Virus record (IMG/VR): IMGVR_UViG_3300046542_000335
Coordinates: 10,702 to 74,701 of that record
Reading direction: 5' to 3' (one strand)
Length of the DNA: 64,000 bases
Source of the DNA: a virus
Shown piece by piece: positions 46,644-57,167 of this stretch. The position numbers and the translations under genes are program-made. Each line of letters begins with the position of its first letter. Position 1 is the stretch's first letter. Under the pieces are notes generated by a model that made no database searches, had not been told where the DNA came from, and was given only the letters and a program-made list of their open reading frames with translations.

Positions 46644-48611
46644 ATGCGTCAGTTCCATGTACGTCATTTCTTCGAGACACCACGCTCGCAGTGGAAATGC
46701 GAATACAACGAACGTTTCATGCTGGAGTTCGATGATGGTACCAACGAGGTTGTAACGACTGCTCGGATGGAGGTCAGTAAAATGCTCTGGCTTCCGCACG
46801 AGCAGTACACCCAACTTCCGCTACTCAGTCGCCACGTTATCCCGAAAGGATCTCTCCCTAACAAGAAGATCCAGGATCTCCTGTCAGCGGTTGCCCGCGA
46901 CATGCAGGAAATCTACGGTACGGGTAACTACAACCGTGAAGAGCTTTGGTACTGGATCTACAAGGCTGAAGAACGTTTGTTCAACACCGCGATCGTGGAC
47001 TATTCCGAATACGTTCGGAGTGTGAACTCCATCCACTATCTGCGGCTCTACAACCACCCACCGATCAAAGAGGCGCGTGAGGGCATCAAGAAGAACGATG
47101 CTTCCATTGCGAAAGGTCAGAAGTTGCTGGAGGAAATCCTCCTCAACGACATGTCGATCAGTCGGAACCCGGTAGTCAGTGACTTGCGCTGCGGGATCAT
47201 GAAGATGGAGCAGTTGCTCCAGATCATCGGCGTACGGGGTGCAAACACCGACATCGATGACTTCATCTATAAGACGCCTATCATGGGCAACTACTTTGCG
47301 GGTATCCATGACCCAGCAGAAGCCATGATGGAATCGACGCTGGCCGGTAAGTCCATCATCTTTACGGGCGCTCCGTTGGAACAGACGGAATACGCCAACC
47401 GTAAGTTGCAGTTCACCTCGCAGCGGGTGGATCTGTTGGTGATGGGCGACTGTGGCAGTACGTACCTGTCGGAGATCGAAGTCACGAACGAGCGGTTCAA
47501 GTCCATGTTGGGCTTGTACTTCCGTGACCCGATGCATGGCCGCATGCGACCGCTACAACAGTCCGACAAGAAGTTGATCGACCAGAAGCTGGAATTCCGG
47601 ATCGCATTCAACTGCCGTCATCGTCACATGAGCTGCGTTTGCTCGGTGTGTTATGGCGACCTGGCGTACAACGTTCCTTACGGGGCCAACATCGGTCACA
47701 TCGCGTCCACCAAGACGCAGTCCGAGGTATCCCAACGGGTACTGAAGGTTAAGCACTCGGAATCCTCCACGGTATCCGAAGCGATCACCATCAACGCTGA
47801 TGAGCGGGAATTCATCCTTCCCGGTAAAGAACTCAATCAGATCACCCTCAACCCACGTCTGAAGGAGAAGGGAATCAAGATGCTCCTGCGTAGCACGCCA
47901 AAGAATCGTGCAGCGAACGCATCGAAACTCCCGATCCTCAAGAAGGCGGATGTCCAAGAAGGCATGTCGGCGGCGAAGCATTCCCAATTCCGGGATGTCA
48001 CCTTCGAGGTTCCTTCCACTACCAAGCGTCCAATGCGTTTCCACGTATCGGTCAGCCGTGGTGCACGGATGTCCTACCTGACCAATGAATTCCTGCGTTG
48101 GTTCTTGAAGAAAGGGTTCAGTATCCAGGACGATGCGATGTATCACATCGACTTGAGTGACTGGGACTTCACCAAGCCGGTCTTTGAACTGCCGAACAAA
48201 CACGTCAGCATGAAGGACTTCGCAGCCGAAGTTGAAGTGTTTATCCGGTCCACCCACGATGACTCATCCCGCCACTTGGGACAACTCCGTCAGCTCCGGC
48301 AGTACACGGACCCAGTGGAAGCGCTCCTGGATCTGCATTCGTTGATTCAGCCAAAGGTACATGTTCACTTTACACATTTGGCAGTTGTTATGTTGGCGCT
48401 TATGGTGCCTGCCGTCGGTACTGGGCATTACAAAATCCCAGAGGTAGGTCAGCCTATCCGCTTCGCTAAATACGACGAGGTCATCAACGGTGGCTCTCTG
48501 GGTGCGTTGTTTGCATACCAGGGTGGTGCTGAACAGCTGACCAAAGTTGGACAGTACTTGAACACTGATCGGCCTCAGCATCTGCTCGATCCACTGATTC
48601 TGCCGCTGTAG
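46644..48611 (+). CDS. Non-virion RNA polymerase beta' C-terminal subunit (phiKZ gp74-like)
   Basis: Bridge-helix-like 'TEYANRKLQ', 'GDCGS', Zn site C...VCSVCYG, trigger-loop-like 'SQRVLKVKH'. Confidence 0.88.
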   Translation: MRQFHVRHFFETPRSQWKCEYNERFMLEFDDGTNEVVTTARMEVSKMLWLPHEQYTQLPLLSRHVIPKGSLPNKKIQDLLSAVARDMQEIYGTGNYNREELWYWIYKAEERLFNTAIVDYSEYVRSVNSIHYLRLYNHPPIKEAREGIKKNDASIAKGQKLLEEILLNDMSISRNPVVSDLRCGIMKMEQLLQIIGVRGANTDIDDFIYKTPIMGNYFAGIHDPAEAMMESTLAGKSIIFTGAPLEQTEYANRKLQFTSQRVDLLVMGDCGSTYLSEIEVTNERFKSMLGLYFRDPMHGRMRPLQQSDKKLIDQKLEFRIAFNCRHRHMSCVCSVCYGDLAYNVPYGANIGHIASTKTQSEVSQRVLKVKHSESSTVSEAITINADEREFILPGKELNQITLNPRLKEKGIKMLLRSTPKNRAANASKLPILKKADVQEGMSAAKHSQFRDVTFEVPSTTKRPMRFHVSVSRGARMSYLTNEFLRWFLKKGFSIQDDAMYHIDLSDWDFTKPVFELPNKHVSMKDFAAEVEVFIRSTHDDSSRHLGQLRQLRQYTDPVEALLDLHSLIQPKVHVHFTHLAVVMLALMVPAVGTGHYKIPEVGQPIRFAKYDEVINGGSLGALFAYQGGAEQLTKVGQYLNTDRPQHLLDPLILPL

Positions 48612-48691
48612 GTAGTAGGGCGGGGAAACCCGCCTTCTCCCTCTGGCAGCGTCAGGGGGAACTACAGGTGCCCAGGTGAAAGGGATGATAG

Positions 48692-50212
48692 ATGAAGATC
48701 GATGTATATAGTCATTGCTTCATGATCACAGAGCCGAGCTTTCTCCACAAGAAGGTGATTGATTCCTTCTGCCGGGGACTGGTTCAGTTCGAGATGGTGA
48801 TTACCGAAGGAGTGAAGTCCTACCGGGCGGCTAAAGTATTTGCTTCGGCGGACATCGGCCGGAACTACTATCGCTTACACATTAACGCACTTCAACCGTT
48901 CTTGGACCACGTCTCGTACAATCAGATCAGAGAATCTGAATACGTGATCCACAGACACTCGTTCGCCGTGGAAGAGCGGCATCGGGTAAAGTTCAAAGTA
49001 AAGGATCTTCCTGACCCAAGGGATCCACAACCCAAGATCATCGACCACATTCTGGCCGACGGCCCGAACAAGATCGTTACACTCCAGACCGGTAAAGGGA
49101 AGACCTTCTTAACGAAGTACTCCATGAACCAACTGGGGCTGCGGTCTTGCTTCTTCATGAAGGGTGGGTTTATCGATCGCTGGGTACCTGACATGGAAGA
49201 GTCTTTCCATTTCAAGGGCGGTGAGCTGTTGGTCGTACGCGGTGGTAAATCGCTGTCGGCTGTCATGCACATGGCTATCGATGGAGAGCTTGGTCCTGCC
49301 AAGTGTATCTTCATCTCCATCAACACGTATTCGGCGTACATCAAGGACTTCGAAGAGCACGGCGTGACGGAAACCTATCCGATTGCACCTGGCGAATTCT
49401 TCAGTCGTCTGAACATCGGGATGGCAGCACTCGATGAGGGTCACCAAAACCCCCATCAGGTAATGAAGCTGTTTTGCTACACCCATATCCCAAAATTCGT
49501 CACCCTGTCGGCAACCCTGGATACCATGGATGCCTTCATGACGAAGATGTACGAACTGATGTATCCCCGCAATGAGCGCTTTAACGGCGACTATTACGAC
49601 GTGTACATCAAGGTGTGCGCTATCAAGTACCAACTGAACAGGCCTAAGAACCTGCGATGGAAGGGATTTGGTGGAGCTTACAACCACACCGCGTACGAAG
49701 CCTCCATGATGACTGCCAAGAATCGGGTGGAACTAAAGAACTACCTGGATCTCATCACTTGGTGCGTGGACGACAAGTTTGTCAAGATCATGGAGAAAGG
49801 TCAGAAGATGTTGGTCTTCTGTGGTACGGTTAAGTTCTGTACGTTGGTGCAGAAGTACCTCCAGAAGAAGTTCCCGAACCTCGTGATCGGGCGCTACGTC
49901 TCTGGCGACAAGATGTCCGTGTTTGATGACTCCGATATCGTGGTTAGTACTGTACTCTCCGCAGGTACTGCGGTAGACATCAAGAACCTACGCGTCGGTC
50001 TGATGACCACGGCGATCAACTCCCAGCAGTCGAACGAACAAACCCTGGGCCGTACACGTCGACTGAAAGGTTGGCCGGACGTTACCCCAGAGTTCCTATA
50101 CTTCGTCTGCACTTCGATCGATAAACACGTCAGATACCATGACGCAAAGATCGAAGCATTCAAATCCAAGGTCTTGTACCACGGTGTGGAGCAAGCACCG
50201 ATTAGTGTGTAA
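48692..50212 (+). CDS. SF2 (DExH) helicase (phiKZ gp75-like)
   Basis: Walker A 'LQTGKGKT', 'DEGH', 'LSAT', 'QTLGRTR'. Confidence 0.9.
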   Translation: MKIDVYSHCFMITEPSFLHKKVIDSFCRGLVQFEMVITEGVKSYRAAKVFASADIGRNYYRLHINALQPFLDHVSYNQIRESEYVIHRHSFAVEERHRVKFKVKDLPDPRDPQPKIIDHILADGPNKIVTLQTGKGKTFLTKYSMNQLGLRSCFFMKGGFIDRWVPDMEESFHFKGGELLVVRGGKSLSAVMHMAIDGELGPAKCIFISINTYSAYIKDFEEHGVTETYPIAPGEFFSRLNIGMAALDEGHQNPHQVMKLFCYTHIPKFVTLSATLDTMDAFMTKMYELMYPRNERFNGDYYDVYIKVCAIKYQLNRPKNLRWKGFGGAYNHTAYEASMMTAKNRVELKNYLDLITWCVDDKFVKIMEKGQKMLVFCGTVKFCTLVQKYLQKKFPNLVIGRYVSGDKMSVFDDSDIVVSTVLSAGTAVDIKNLRVGLMTTAINSQQSNEQTLGRTRRLKGWPDVTPEFLYFVCTSIDKHVRYHDAKIEAFKSKVLYHGVEQAPISV

Positions 50213-50271
50213 CGCAAGGGCCGGAGGTGATTCTCCGGCTTTATGCCCCATCCTGCAAAAGGAATCAATAC

Positions 50272-50649
50272 ATGACTAACTTAATCCTGCGTCTTTATAA
50301 AGAAATCCCTAACGTCGACGAACCTGCTGAAGAGCGGGTGGAAGTCAACCTCCAAGGAGGTAGCCAAGAGATCGGTAAAGGTCTTGGGTATCTGGTCGGC
50401 TATGCCGAGGGTATGCTGACCTTCCTGACCGAACCCGGTGATTACGTTCCGATCGAGGTCGAGAACTATGACGCCCTCGACGAGTACGAGAAAATGCGTG
50501 CCCGTGAACTGATCGTACTGATGAAGAACTTCTACACCGGTCCGGATGTTGAGAAGCTCTCTCCGTTGAATATCCACATGAAACTTGAACTAGACGGATC
50601 TCCACCACGGGTGTTGATCTACGCTATCCAAGACAGCAATAAGGACTAA
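50272..50649 (+). CDS. Hypothetical protein
   Basis: AAGGA RBS before ATG 50272; preceded by a hairpin plus TTTATGCC. Confidence 0.7.
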   Translation: MTNLILRLYKEIPNVDEPAEERVEVNLQGGSQEIGKGLGYLVGYAEGMLTFLTEPGDYVPIEVENYDALDEYEKMRARELIVLMKNFYTGPDVEKLSPLNIHMKLELDGSPPRVLIYAIQDSNKD

Positions 50650-50653
50650 CGTC

Positions 50654-51262
50654 ATGTCCACTGAACCAGTACGCGATATGGCACTTGAGAAGTACCTGAA
50701 CAAGTGTGACCTCACCTTGACCGGATACATCCATCAATTCCGTCGCGACGCAGTTGAGTTCTCAGACCAACGGCAATACCTTGAGATGGCAGCTTGGGCG
50801 CTGAATCTCTTCCAGTCTTCAACCGATCTAGAGAAGCGTGCGCTACTCAACGTCACTAAAACGACTGGCGGTCTGGTGAGTTTACGTTCCACCTACCGCT
50901 TTACAGACACAGAGGTGAGCGAACCCTTCGCTACCCTGGAGTTTGATCCACGTCCTACCACGATGGTACGCACCTTTAGCGATATGGGGCGCCCACACGC
51001 TCTCTCAGACGCGTTGATTGATCGCAGTCATCTGAGCCTGACTTACCTACTACGACCCGTACGTAACCTCGTAAGAGGTCTGCGTGGTAAAGGTTGGAAA
51101 GTCTACGCGGACGCAATAGCCGGTGACAAGGTTATCACTGGCCTAACTGACGGTAGTGTTGCTCTGTACGTCATCGTCGATCTAGCACAACTCGAAGCCG
51201 ATACCGCTGCCATCAAGGAATTCCACGCCAACAAGGAAACCTCCGATGAGCGAAGTGATTGA
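50654..51262 (+). CDS. Hypothetical protein, 202 aa
   Basis: AAGGA RBS; operon-like spacing. Confidence 0.7.
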   Translation: MSTEPVRDMALEKYLNKCDLTLTGYIHQFRRDAVEFSDQRQYLEMAAWALNLFQSSTDLEKRALLNVTKTTGGLVSLRSTYRFTDTEVSEPFATLEFDPRPTTMVRTFSDMGRPHALSDALIDRSHLSLTYLLRPVRNLVRGLRGKGWKVYADAIAGDKVITGLTDGSVALYVIVDLAQLEADTAAIKEFHANKETSDERSD

Positions 51263-51572
51263 TTCCGATGGATTCATCATCGTCAATCTAGAAGAAGGGG
51301 AGAGTTTCGAAGTACTCATCGAAGTAGCCAAGAAACACCCCAACCGTCAAGTGGCCGTCTCCATCGGCAAGCGGATCACCGCTGAAACGCTGATGAAGGC
51401 GGCTGCTGAACACATGCCTCCACGCACAGAGGACTTGAACGACCTCCTGATGTTTCAGACGTCCAGCCGAGTCAAAGCTACTAACGACTTCTGGATTCGT
51501 GGCGAAAGTCGCGATCCTACCCGCACCACCTCAGGCCTCCCATATCGGAGAGGCAAAGGTAGATCCCGTTAA
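51246..51572 (+). CDS. Hypothetical protein, 108 aa
   Basis: AAGGA RBS; overlaps the upstream gene. Confidence 0.65.
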   Translation: MSEVIDSDGFIIVNLEEGESFEVLIEVAKKHPNRQVAVSIGKRITAETLMKAAAEHMPPRTEDLNDLLMFQTSSRVKATNDFWIRGESRDPTRTTSGLPYRRGKGRSR

Positions 51573-51595
51573 TCATTCCGTCTAAGGAACGCATC

Positions 51596-52195
51596 ATGGC
51601 CCGTGAAGTATTACAACGCATTGTCGTTAACGATCGTCCAACTGTATTTCGACTAGCCGCCGCTGACATCTATCGTCCTGAGCGCAATAAGAAGCGTCTC
51701 GCCGGACGCGTCGACCCAACTCAAGTGGCGGTCACCCGGTTCCACTACCTGTTCGCCAAGTATGGACCTGTGGTAGTTGCCAAGAATCACCTCGGCGTCG
51801 ATCTAAGGATCACTACCATTGAGGACCTGGAAGCAAATCCTCAATGGCTTGAAAACAATGCACACTTTCGCAGTGCGAGAGTGAAACCACAGACCCTAAA
51901 AACCAAAGGTGGTTACGTCGGCAGTAACATCGTCCTACTGGTCAATAAAGACGGTCCTATATTCATGGGAGCGGCCGCTGACTACATGACCGACTTCATG
52001 GGGGCGTTCTTCTACGTCCACGACCACTTCCCAGGTGCGACAGAGGCCAATCTTCGCGATCCTAACATGTGGGCTATGTGGTTGGGTATGTTTACAGTAG
52101 GTTTCGCGAAAACTGGTCCAACCCTGGTGTTTGAGATGCGTGACCATATCCAGAGTCTTGATAAGACCATGGCTTCTTGGTACCCACGACGTTAA
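51596..52195 (+). CDS. Hypothetical protein, 199 aa
   Basis: AAGGA RBS; followed by a terminator. Confidence 0.7.
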   Translation: MAREVLQRIVVNDRPTVFRLAAADIYRPERNKKRLAGRVDPTQVAVTRFHYLFAKYGPVVVAKNHLGVDLRITTIEDLEANPQWLENNAHFRSARVKPQTLKTKGGYVGSNIVLLVNKDGPIFMGAAADYMTDFMGAFFYVHDHFPGATEANLRDPNMWAMWLGMFTVGFAKTGPTLVFEMRDHIQSLDKTMASWYPRR

Positions 52196-52197
52196 CA

Positions 52198-52246
52198 GCA
52201 TACAGCCAGGGCTTCCATGCCCTGGCTGTATGCCTTTCTTTTTTTT
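52198..52246. terminator. 15-bp GCATA...TATGC hairpin between convergent genes
   Basis: GCATACAGCCAGGGC-TTCCAT-GCCCTGGCTGTATGC plus T run. Confidence 0.8.
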
Positions 52247-52247
52247 G

Positions 52248-53891
52248 TTACTGGCCGTTGCTGTAGTAGAGGAAGAAGTTCTGGCGCTCGTTCTCGTTCG
52301 GCAGGTGACGCAGAACGATTTCGAGGTTGTGGCTCAGCTTCGCAGCACGGTTGCCCGGCTCACGAGTAGAGATGACCACGGTCAGCAGGTCTTCGAACAG
52401 TTGCAGCTGGGATTTGCCCAGTGCGATCTGCGACCAGCCACGACGCGCTTTGTACGGGTCGAACAGGGTGGAGTAGTTTTCGTTCACGAAGTCGAGGATG
52501 ATGTTCCAACCTTCGACGAATTCGTTGAACTCGCGCTTGGTGACGTCGCGGATCGCTTTGTAGAGCATGGTCTGGCAAGCGCCGGCAGTTTCTTCGGTCT
52601 GCGTGCCTGGGTTCTTGGTGATCCCAGTTTTGTATTCGTCAAGCTTGGCGCGGAGGATAGAGTTATCCATGGAAACCTCATCGGGTTGATCTGGCATCTC
52701 CTGAAGGAGACGTTCTTCGCTGTAAGACTCGCTGATGCCCAAGCGATTGCGGTACTGGGACATCAGTTGTTCGCAACTGAACTGGGTTTCGATGTGGCCC
52801 AGCAGTGCAGCACGGATTTCGCGGAAGGTCAGGTGACCCACTTGTTTCTGGTCCCGCTGCCGATCCTTGACCAACACGCCGGCTACGGTACATTCAGGAA
52901 CAGATCCGTTACATACATATTCGCGGAACGCTTCGATGGTCCAGCTGACCGGAACCTTGTAGCGAGCGTAGGCTTCTTCCCAAACGACGGAGAGGTCCGT
53001 GTGTGGTTCGAGAACCAGACGATCCTCGATGAAGTCGAGGATTTCGCTAGCCTTCCAGGCCTTGACACGCTGGCCACGACGCGAGTCGTAGATCCAGTTG
53101 CCACGGGCAGTCTTGCCTGGGTACGCGCCCTTGATGAGGTACAGGAGCATCTCTTCACGGGACCAGGCTTCGGACGGCTCTTTGCCAACCATGCCGAGCA
53201 GCTGAGCGCGCAGCTGAGCGGTGCTGAGGGTGGTGACGTCCACATCGGCAGGTGCTACTTCTTCAGCAACTGGTTCGACTACAGGCGCAGGAGCTTCAAC
53301 CTGAGGCTCTGAGGTCAGAGCCGCTTGCTCGTCTTCAGCCGATTCTTCGAGCGGCTTGACTTCGTCGCTACCTTCGGCTGGAGGAAGATCACCAACAGGC
53401 TCGCCGCCTTCAGGCTGTTCGTCAACCTTACCGACTTCCAGATCCGGCTCAGGTTGTGGTTCCTGCTCCAACAGTACCGCAGTAGCGGCGGCTTGCTCTT
53501 CGTCAGAGACCGGAGTCTCAGGCAGGGAAGGTACTTCGTCCAGGGCGGTAACGAATGGAGTTTCACCGCGTGCAGCTTCGCTTACCACCGCATCAACGAG
53601 AACGCCAACTGGACCAGCTACGGCAAGACCGTCGGATTCATCACCTACCAGACCTTCCGACTGTTCGGCGAGGCCTTCCGGCGTGTCGGATCCTTCGGAG
53701 GTGTCCGCAACCGACTGATCCCCTTCCACAAGTCCCGAAGCTTGATCATTGAGGTCAGATCCCGGAACTTCGGATTCGGCCGACGTATCGAGTGCATTAC
53801 CCATCACCTCTTCAGCGGTTGCCAGATTAGGCGCCTGTTCGACAGCCGCAGCTGCGGCTTCTTGACGACGCAGGGTTTTGTTCTTGGACAT
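52248..53891 (-). CDS. Conserved protein downstream of the vRNAP subunit, with a long acidic disordered N-terminus and an internal repeat
   Basis: About 210-aa E/A/P-rich N-terminus; two 'W(S/T).E....Y...G..P..T..G....D..R' units. Confidence 0.7.
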   Translation of the reverse strand: MSKNKTLRRQEAAAAAVEQAPNLATAEEVMGNALDTSAESEVPGSDLNDQASGLVEGDQSVADTSEGSDTPEGLAEQSEGLVGDESDGLAVAGPVGVLVDAVVSEAARGETPFVTALDEVPSLPETPVSDEEQAAATAVLLEQEPQPEPDLEVGKVDEQPEGGEPVGDLPPAEGSDEVKPLEESAEDEQAALTSEPQVEAPAPVVEPVAEEVAPADVDVTTLSTAQLRAQLLGMVGKEPSEAWSREEMLLYLIKGAYPGKTARGNWIYDSRRGQRVKAWKASEILDFIEDRLVLEPHTDLSVVWEEAYARYKVPVSWTIEAFREYVCNGSVPECTVAGVLVKDRQRDQKQVGHLTFREIRAALLGHIETQFSCEQLMSQYRNRLGISESYSEERLLQEMPDQPDEVSMDNSILRAKLDEYKTGITKNPGTQTEETAGACQTMLYKAIRDVTKREFNEFVEGWNIILDFVNENYSTLFDPYKARRGWSQIALGKSQLQLFEDLLTVVISTREPGNRAAKLSHNLEIVLRHLPNENERQNFFLYYSNGQ

Positions 53892-53895
53892 GAGA

Positions 53896-55191
53896 TTACC
53901 TCAGGAAGTTTTCAATATCGATAGGAGTGGTCTTCAGCTCTTTGGCGTGGGCGGATCCCATCATTGTCAGCATCATAGTAGAAGGGATGTCGCCGACCAT
54001 TGAACCCATCGATTCAGGGAAGGCTGCCAGCTTATCGCCAGCGCAGATGGCGCACACGTCACTGCGAGTTGCCTTGCAGTAACCGGTGGAGTACATCGGC
54101 ATGATCTTGCCATTGAATTCAGACAAGTTCTCATCCGTCACCTTGACCAACTGACGGTTCACGTTCAGGGTCCGGCCGATGTAGTCCTTGGTGACTTTGA
54201 CGTCGTAGGTCTCGTGGGTGTTGCAGAACTCAGATAGAATCCGAACGTTCTGGAATACCCGAGCCATCAAGTCAACGTCTTCACCCGCCAATGCAGTCAA
54301 CGCACCCCGGTAGTAGGAACCAGCACGGAGTGAGTTCACCATGGTTGGGTAGTGGGTTGTGTCGATGCCTTCCTCAAGGGAGTTGATCACCAACGTAGCC
54401 CGACCACCCTCCTCGAATCCAGCTTCTGGACCGTGGATAAGGAACATCCGCTTGAGTGCGGTGTTGATCGACTTGTTCTTGTAGATGAAGCCTTCAGACG
54501 GATCGCCTTTGATCCAGTCCTTATAAGAGTCCACCATGGCCGTCTGGATCTTGGTCTGTACGACCGGATCTTCCAGTTGACCTTTATATTGCTCGAGCAG
54601 GCTGTCACGCAGCTCGTTACGATTTGGAGGGGACTGCAACGCCCGCTCAGTAATCGATGGAACGAACAGTTCGTAACCTGCCAGGTCACCTACAGCCTTG
54701 CCAAAGCGCATGTAGTGGTAGACGTACATCTGACCAGGCTTGGGTTCTTCCCCAGGCTTTGGATTGTCCGCCATGTTCTTGACGATGCGTTCTTCCATAG
54801 CGCCCAGGTTGATTGGACCCAGGGTATACGGAATCAGGTCACCGCAAGAGTAGACCAGTACTCGGCTATTGAAGAGGATGTCGCCCCAGGTGGTGTTATC
54901 GATGTTCTCGACAACGTTTTCCACATCACCCGGTTTGAGAGGACCCGCCCAGTCATGGTAGACGAACGGGATCTCGTAAGCCCCTACGCCTTCTAACTGT
55001 TCCCAGTGCCACTGACCTTCTTGTCCTAAGTTAGGGACGTAGACTTCAGCCCCTTCCTTGGTCTGCCGCAACGCCCAAGGGATGTCGGCTTTCGGTGGCG
55101 TGACCACAACAGACATTGCGCGTAGTACCCACTCACGGTGGTAGTGAGCCTTGGCACGCAATGCCCCGGTAAAGTAATCAAATCTTTTCAT
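53896..55191 (-). CDS. Virion RNA polymerase beta' fragment (phiKZ gp80-like)
   Basis: 'SLEEG', 'NSLRAGSYYRG..TALAG' (bridge-helix-like), Zn site C...VCAICAG. Confidence 0.8.
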   Translation of the reverse strand: MKRFDYFTGALRAKAHYHREWVLRAMSVVVTPPKADIPWALRQTKEGAEVYVPNLGQEGQWHWEQLEGVGAYEIPFVYHDWAGPLKPGDVENVVENIDNTTWGDILFNSRVLVYSCGDLIPYTLGPINLGAMEERIVKNMADNPKPGEEPKPGQMYVYHYMRFGKAVGDLAGYELFVPSITERALQSPPNRNELRDSLLEQYKGQLEDPVVQTKIQTAMVDSYKDWIKGDPSEGFIYKNKSINTALKRMFLIHGPEAGFEEGGRATLVINSLEEGIDTTHYPTMVNSLRAGSYYRGALTALAGEDVDLMARVFQNVRILSEFCNTHETYDVKVTKDYIGRTLNVNRQLVKVTDENLSEFNGKIMPMYSTGYCKATRSDVCAICAGDKLAAFPESMGSMVGDIPSTMMLTMMGSAHAKELKTTPIDIENFLR

Positions 55192-56074
55192 TTTCGATAC
55201 CAAAGACTGGACGGTAGGACTTCATCATGTTCAGTCGAACCTGTTCGGCTTTACGACGATCGTCCATTTCGTAACAGAGGTCATCGAGAGCGGCAGAGAT
55301 GGAGACATCCAGCTTGTCGTAACTCTCGCAAGAGATGGCTGCAAGGGAGAATAACTCAACCACAGCCTGTTCGGTGGACAAATCGATCAGACGTTCCACA
55401 TGACAGCCATACAGACTCTCTAGGGACGCGCCTACGCCGACATTGTCACGAGCCAGCTCAACGCCCAGGCTATCAGGACGCAAAGCCGCCATGCGCGCTA
55501 CACGCTTGTTCAGCTCATCAGCGTCGACAGTATCCGTTTGGGACTGTATGCGGCTATCTTCTTTGGCAGAGATTTCACGGATACGACGAACCGTATTCTC
55601 GCTGCATTCAACGATGTACGGGAACCAGTCCTCTTCACTGTAATTACCTACATAAGCGAGAATTGATAGTAAGGCCTCAATGCCGTCTTCAGAAGCATCG
55701 ACGATCCCAACGAACACAGCCGGTGCATCAGTAGGATCAAACTGGAGCAACGTGCCAAGCGCATCTTCCAGCATGGCCAATGGCGTATCCGCGTCCAACG
55801 CCACACCGATCGACTGCAAGCAGCGTTCTGCTGCAACCCGGAAGATTGCATCAATCGAAGGAATGACTTCACAAGTGTCGATATTGTGATCGTTCACCAT
55901 CGTGAACACCAGCTCGAGCTCATCAATATGACCTGTGAAGTTCACATCGTTGAGGATCGTCGCTATGCGACTGTAGCTCGATTGCAATTCAGGGGAACAC
56001 TGACCGTAGGCCAAGGCCGCGATGATTGACTGGGATGCATCTTCGGTATCGGCTTCAATAAGCGCGTCGGTCAT
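55178..56074 (-). CDS. Conserved acidic helical protein, likely virion-associated (phiKZ gp79-like by position)
   Basis: AGGAG RBS; overlaps the start of the vRNAP gene. Confidence 0.6.
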   Translation of the reverse strand: MTDALIEADTEDASQSIIAALAYGQCSPELQSSYSRIATILNDVNFTGHIDELELVFTMVNDHNIDTCEVIPSIDAIFRVAAERCLQSIGVALDADTPLAMLEDALGTLLQFDPTDAPAVFVGIVDASEDGIEALLSILAYVGNYSEEDWFPYIVECSENTVRRIREISAKEDSRIQSQTDTVDADELNKRVARMAALRPDSLGVELARDNVGVGASLESLYGCHVERLIDLSTEQAVVELFSLAAISCESYDKLDVSISAALDDLCYEMDDRRKAEQVRLNMMKSYRPVFGIENEKI

Positions 56075-56188
56075 GATGACTCCTATTCAGAATGTAAATA
56101 AATATACTAACGATCTTTTATATAGGTCGTATTAATCAACTTGAGGTACTGCGTCTAAGACTCAGACCATAATCACGAGGTGGACACC

Positions 56189-56644
56189 ATGTCCTCGAAG
56201 CGCTCGCCTTCATACCGTACGTCAAACGTGAATCACAATAAGAACATCAACGAGGCCGAAGAGGCTACGCGTGGTCTTAAAGATTCCGTCGCTCTATCTC
56301 TGCGCGCCGCTGCTGAGCCTATTGTTCAGATGCCTGCATCGTTGCGTGCGCTCAAGGAACAAGGTCGCGTCGAGGACGTCCCCAAGATTATCGCCTTGGG
56401 CAAAACAATCGCACAGGACTTCGACAAGTTCAGCGCTGAGCGCATTACGCTCGACGAAGAGTTCAACAAGATTGTAGAAAGCAAACCAGGCAAGAAGAAA
56501 GACTTGTCCAAACACCACATGGACTTGACGATGACCGGTCTCAAGTACATTGACCTCAACGATCGTATTACGTCCACCCTCACCAAATCCGCCGGTGATT
56601 ACGACGAGATCCTCAACAAGAGCGAAGAACCAGCCAATGCTTAA
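56189..56644 (+). CDS. Hypothetical helical protein
   Basis: GAGG RBS; first gene of a divergent operon. Confidence 0.7.
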   Translation: MSSKRSPSYRTSNVNHNKNINEAEEATRGLKDSVALSLRAAAEPIVQMPASLRALKEQGRVEDVPKIIALGKTIAQDFDKFSAERITLDEEFNKIVESKPGKKKDLSKHHMDLTMTGLKYIDLNDRITSTLTKSAGDYDEILNKSEEPANA

Positions 56645-57167
56645 AAAGAAAGTGACGTACAGCATCCTCCCCCAGGTATCAACTCCCGTGTCGGAGAAAG
56701 TCCTGAACGGTCTGACCAAAGCGGTAGTCACTGAGGTCGCTTCGATCTTCGGTCTTGATGAAAAGCCGCTGACGGCCAGTCTTGTCCGCCTCATCGGTTC
56801 GCACCACATCACGCCCGGCACTGTCATCGGTCCGATGATGACTCCGGTGCAAGATTTCCTGGACATGGTGAACCAGCAAGCCGTGGTACGTATCGAGCGC
56901 CATGAAGTGAGCGTCCAGGGTATCGAGATCGGTAACCAGACGATCGCTCTGATCACGTCCTTGCCTGGCACCGCGTTCGACGGCACTGTCGCTGTGTCCT
57001 TCATCAACACCCGCGCTGACCGCCTGCAAACTTGGGCGCCTGACAGTCACAAACGTAAGCTGGCTTCCCGCCAGTTGGCGAACCACACCTTGAAGGGTCT
57101 GGAGACGATGCTCGACATCGTAGCCGCCTACAACCAATCTGTCACCATTGAAGAGAAAAGTGAATGA
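56637..57167 (+). CDS. Hypothetical protein
   Basis: ATG 56637 overlaps the upstream gene; ATGA overlap downstream. Confidence 0.7.
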   Translation: MLKKKVTYSILPQVSTPVSEKVLNGLTKAVVTEVASIFGLDEKPLTASLVRLIGSHHITPGTVIGPMMTPVQDFLDMVNQQAVVRIERHEVSVQGIEIGNQTIALITSLPGTAFDGTVAVSFINTRADRLQTWAPDSHKRKLASRQLANHTLKGLETMLDIVAAYNQSVTIEEKSE

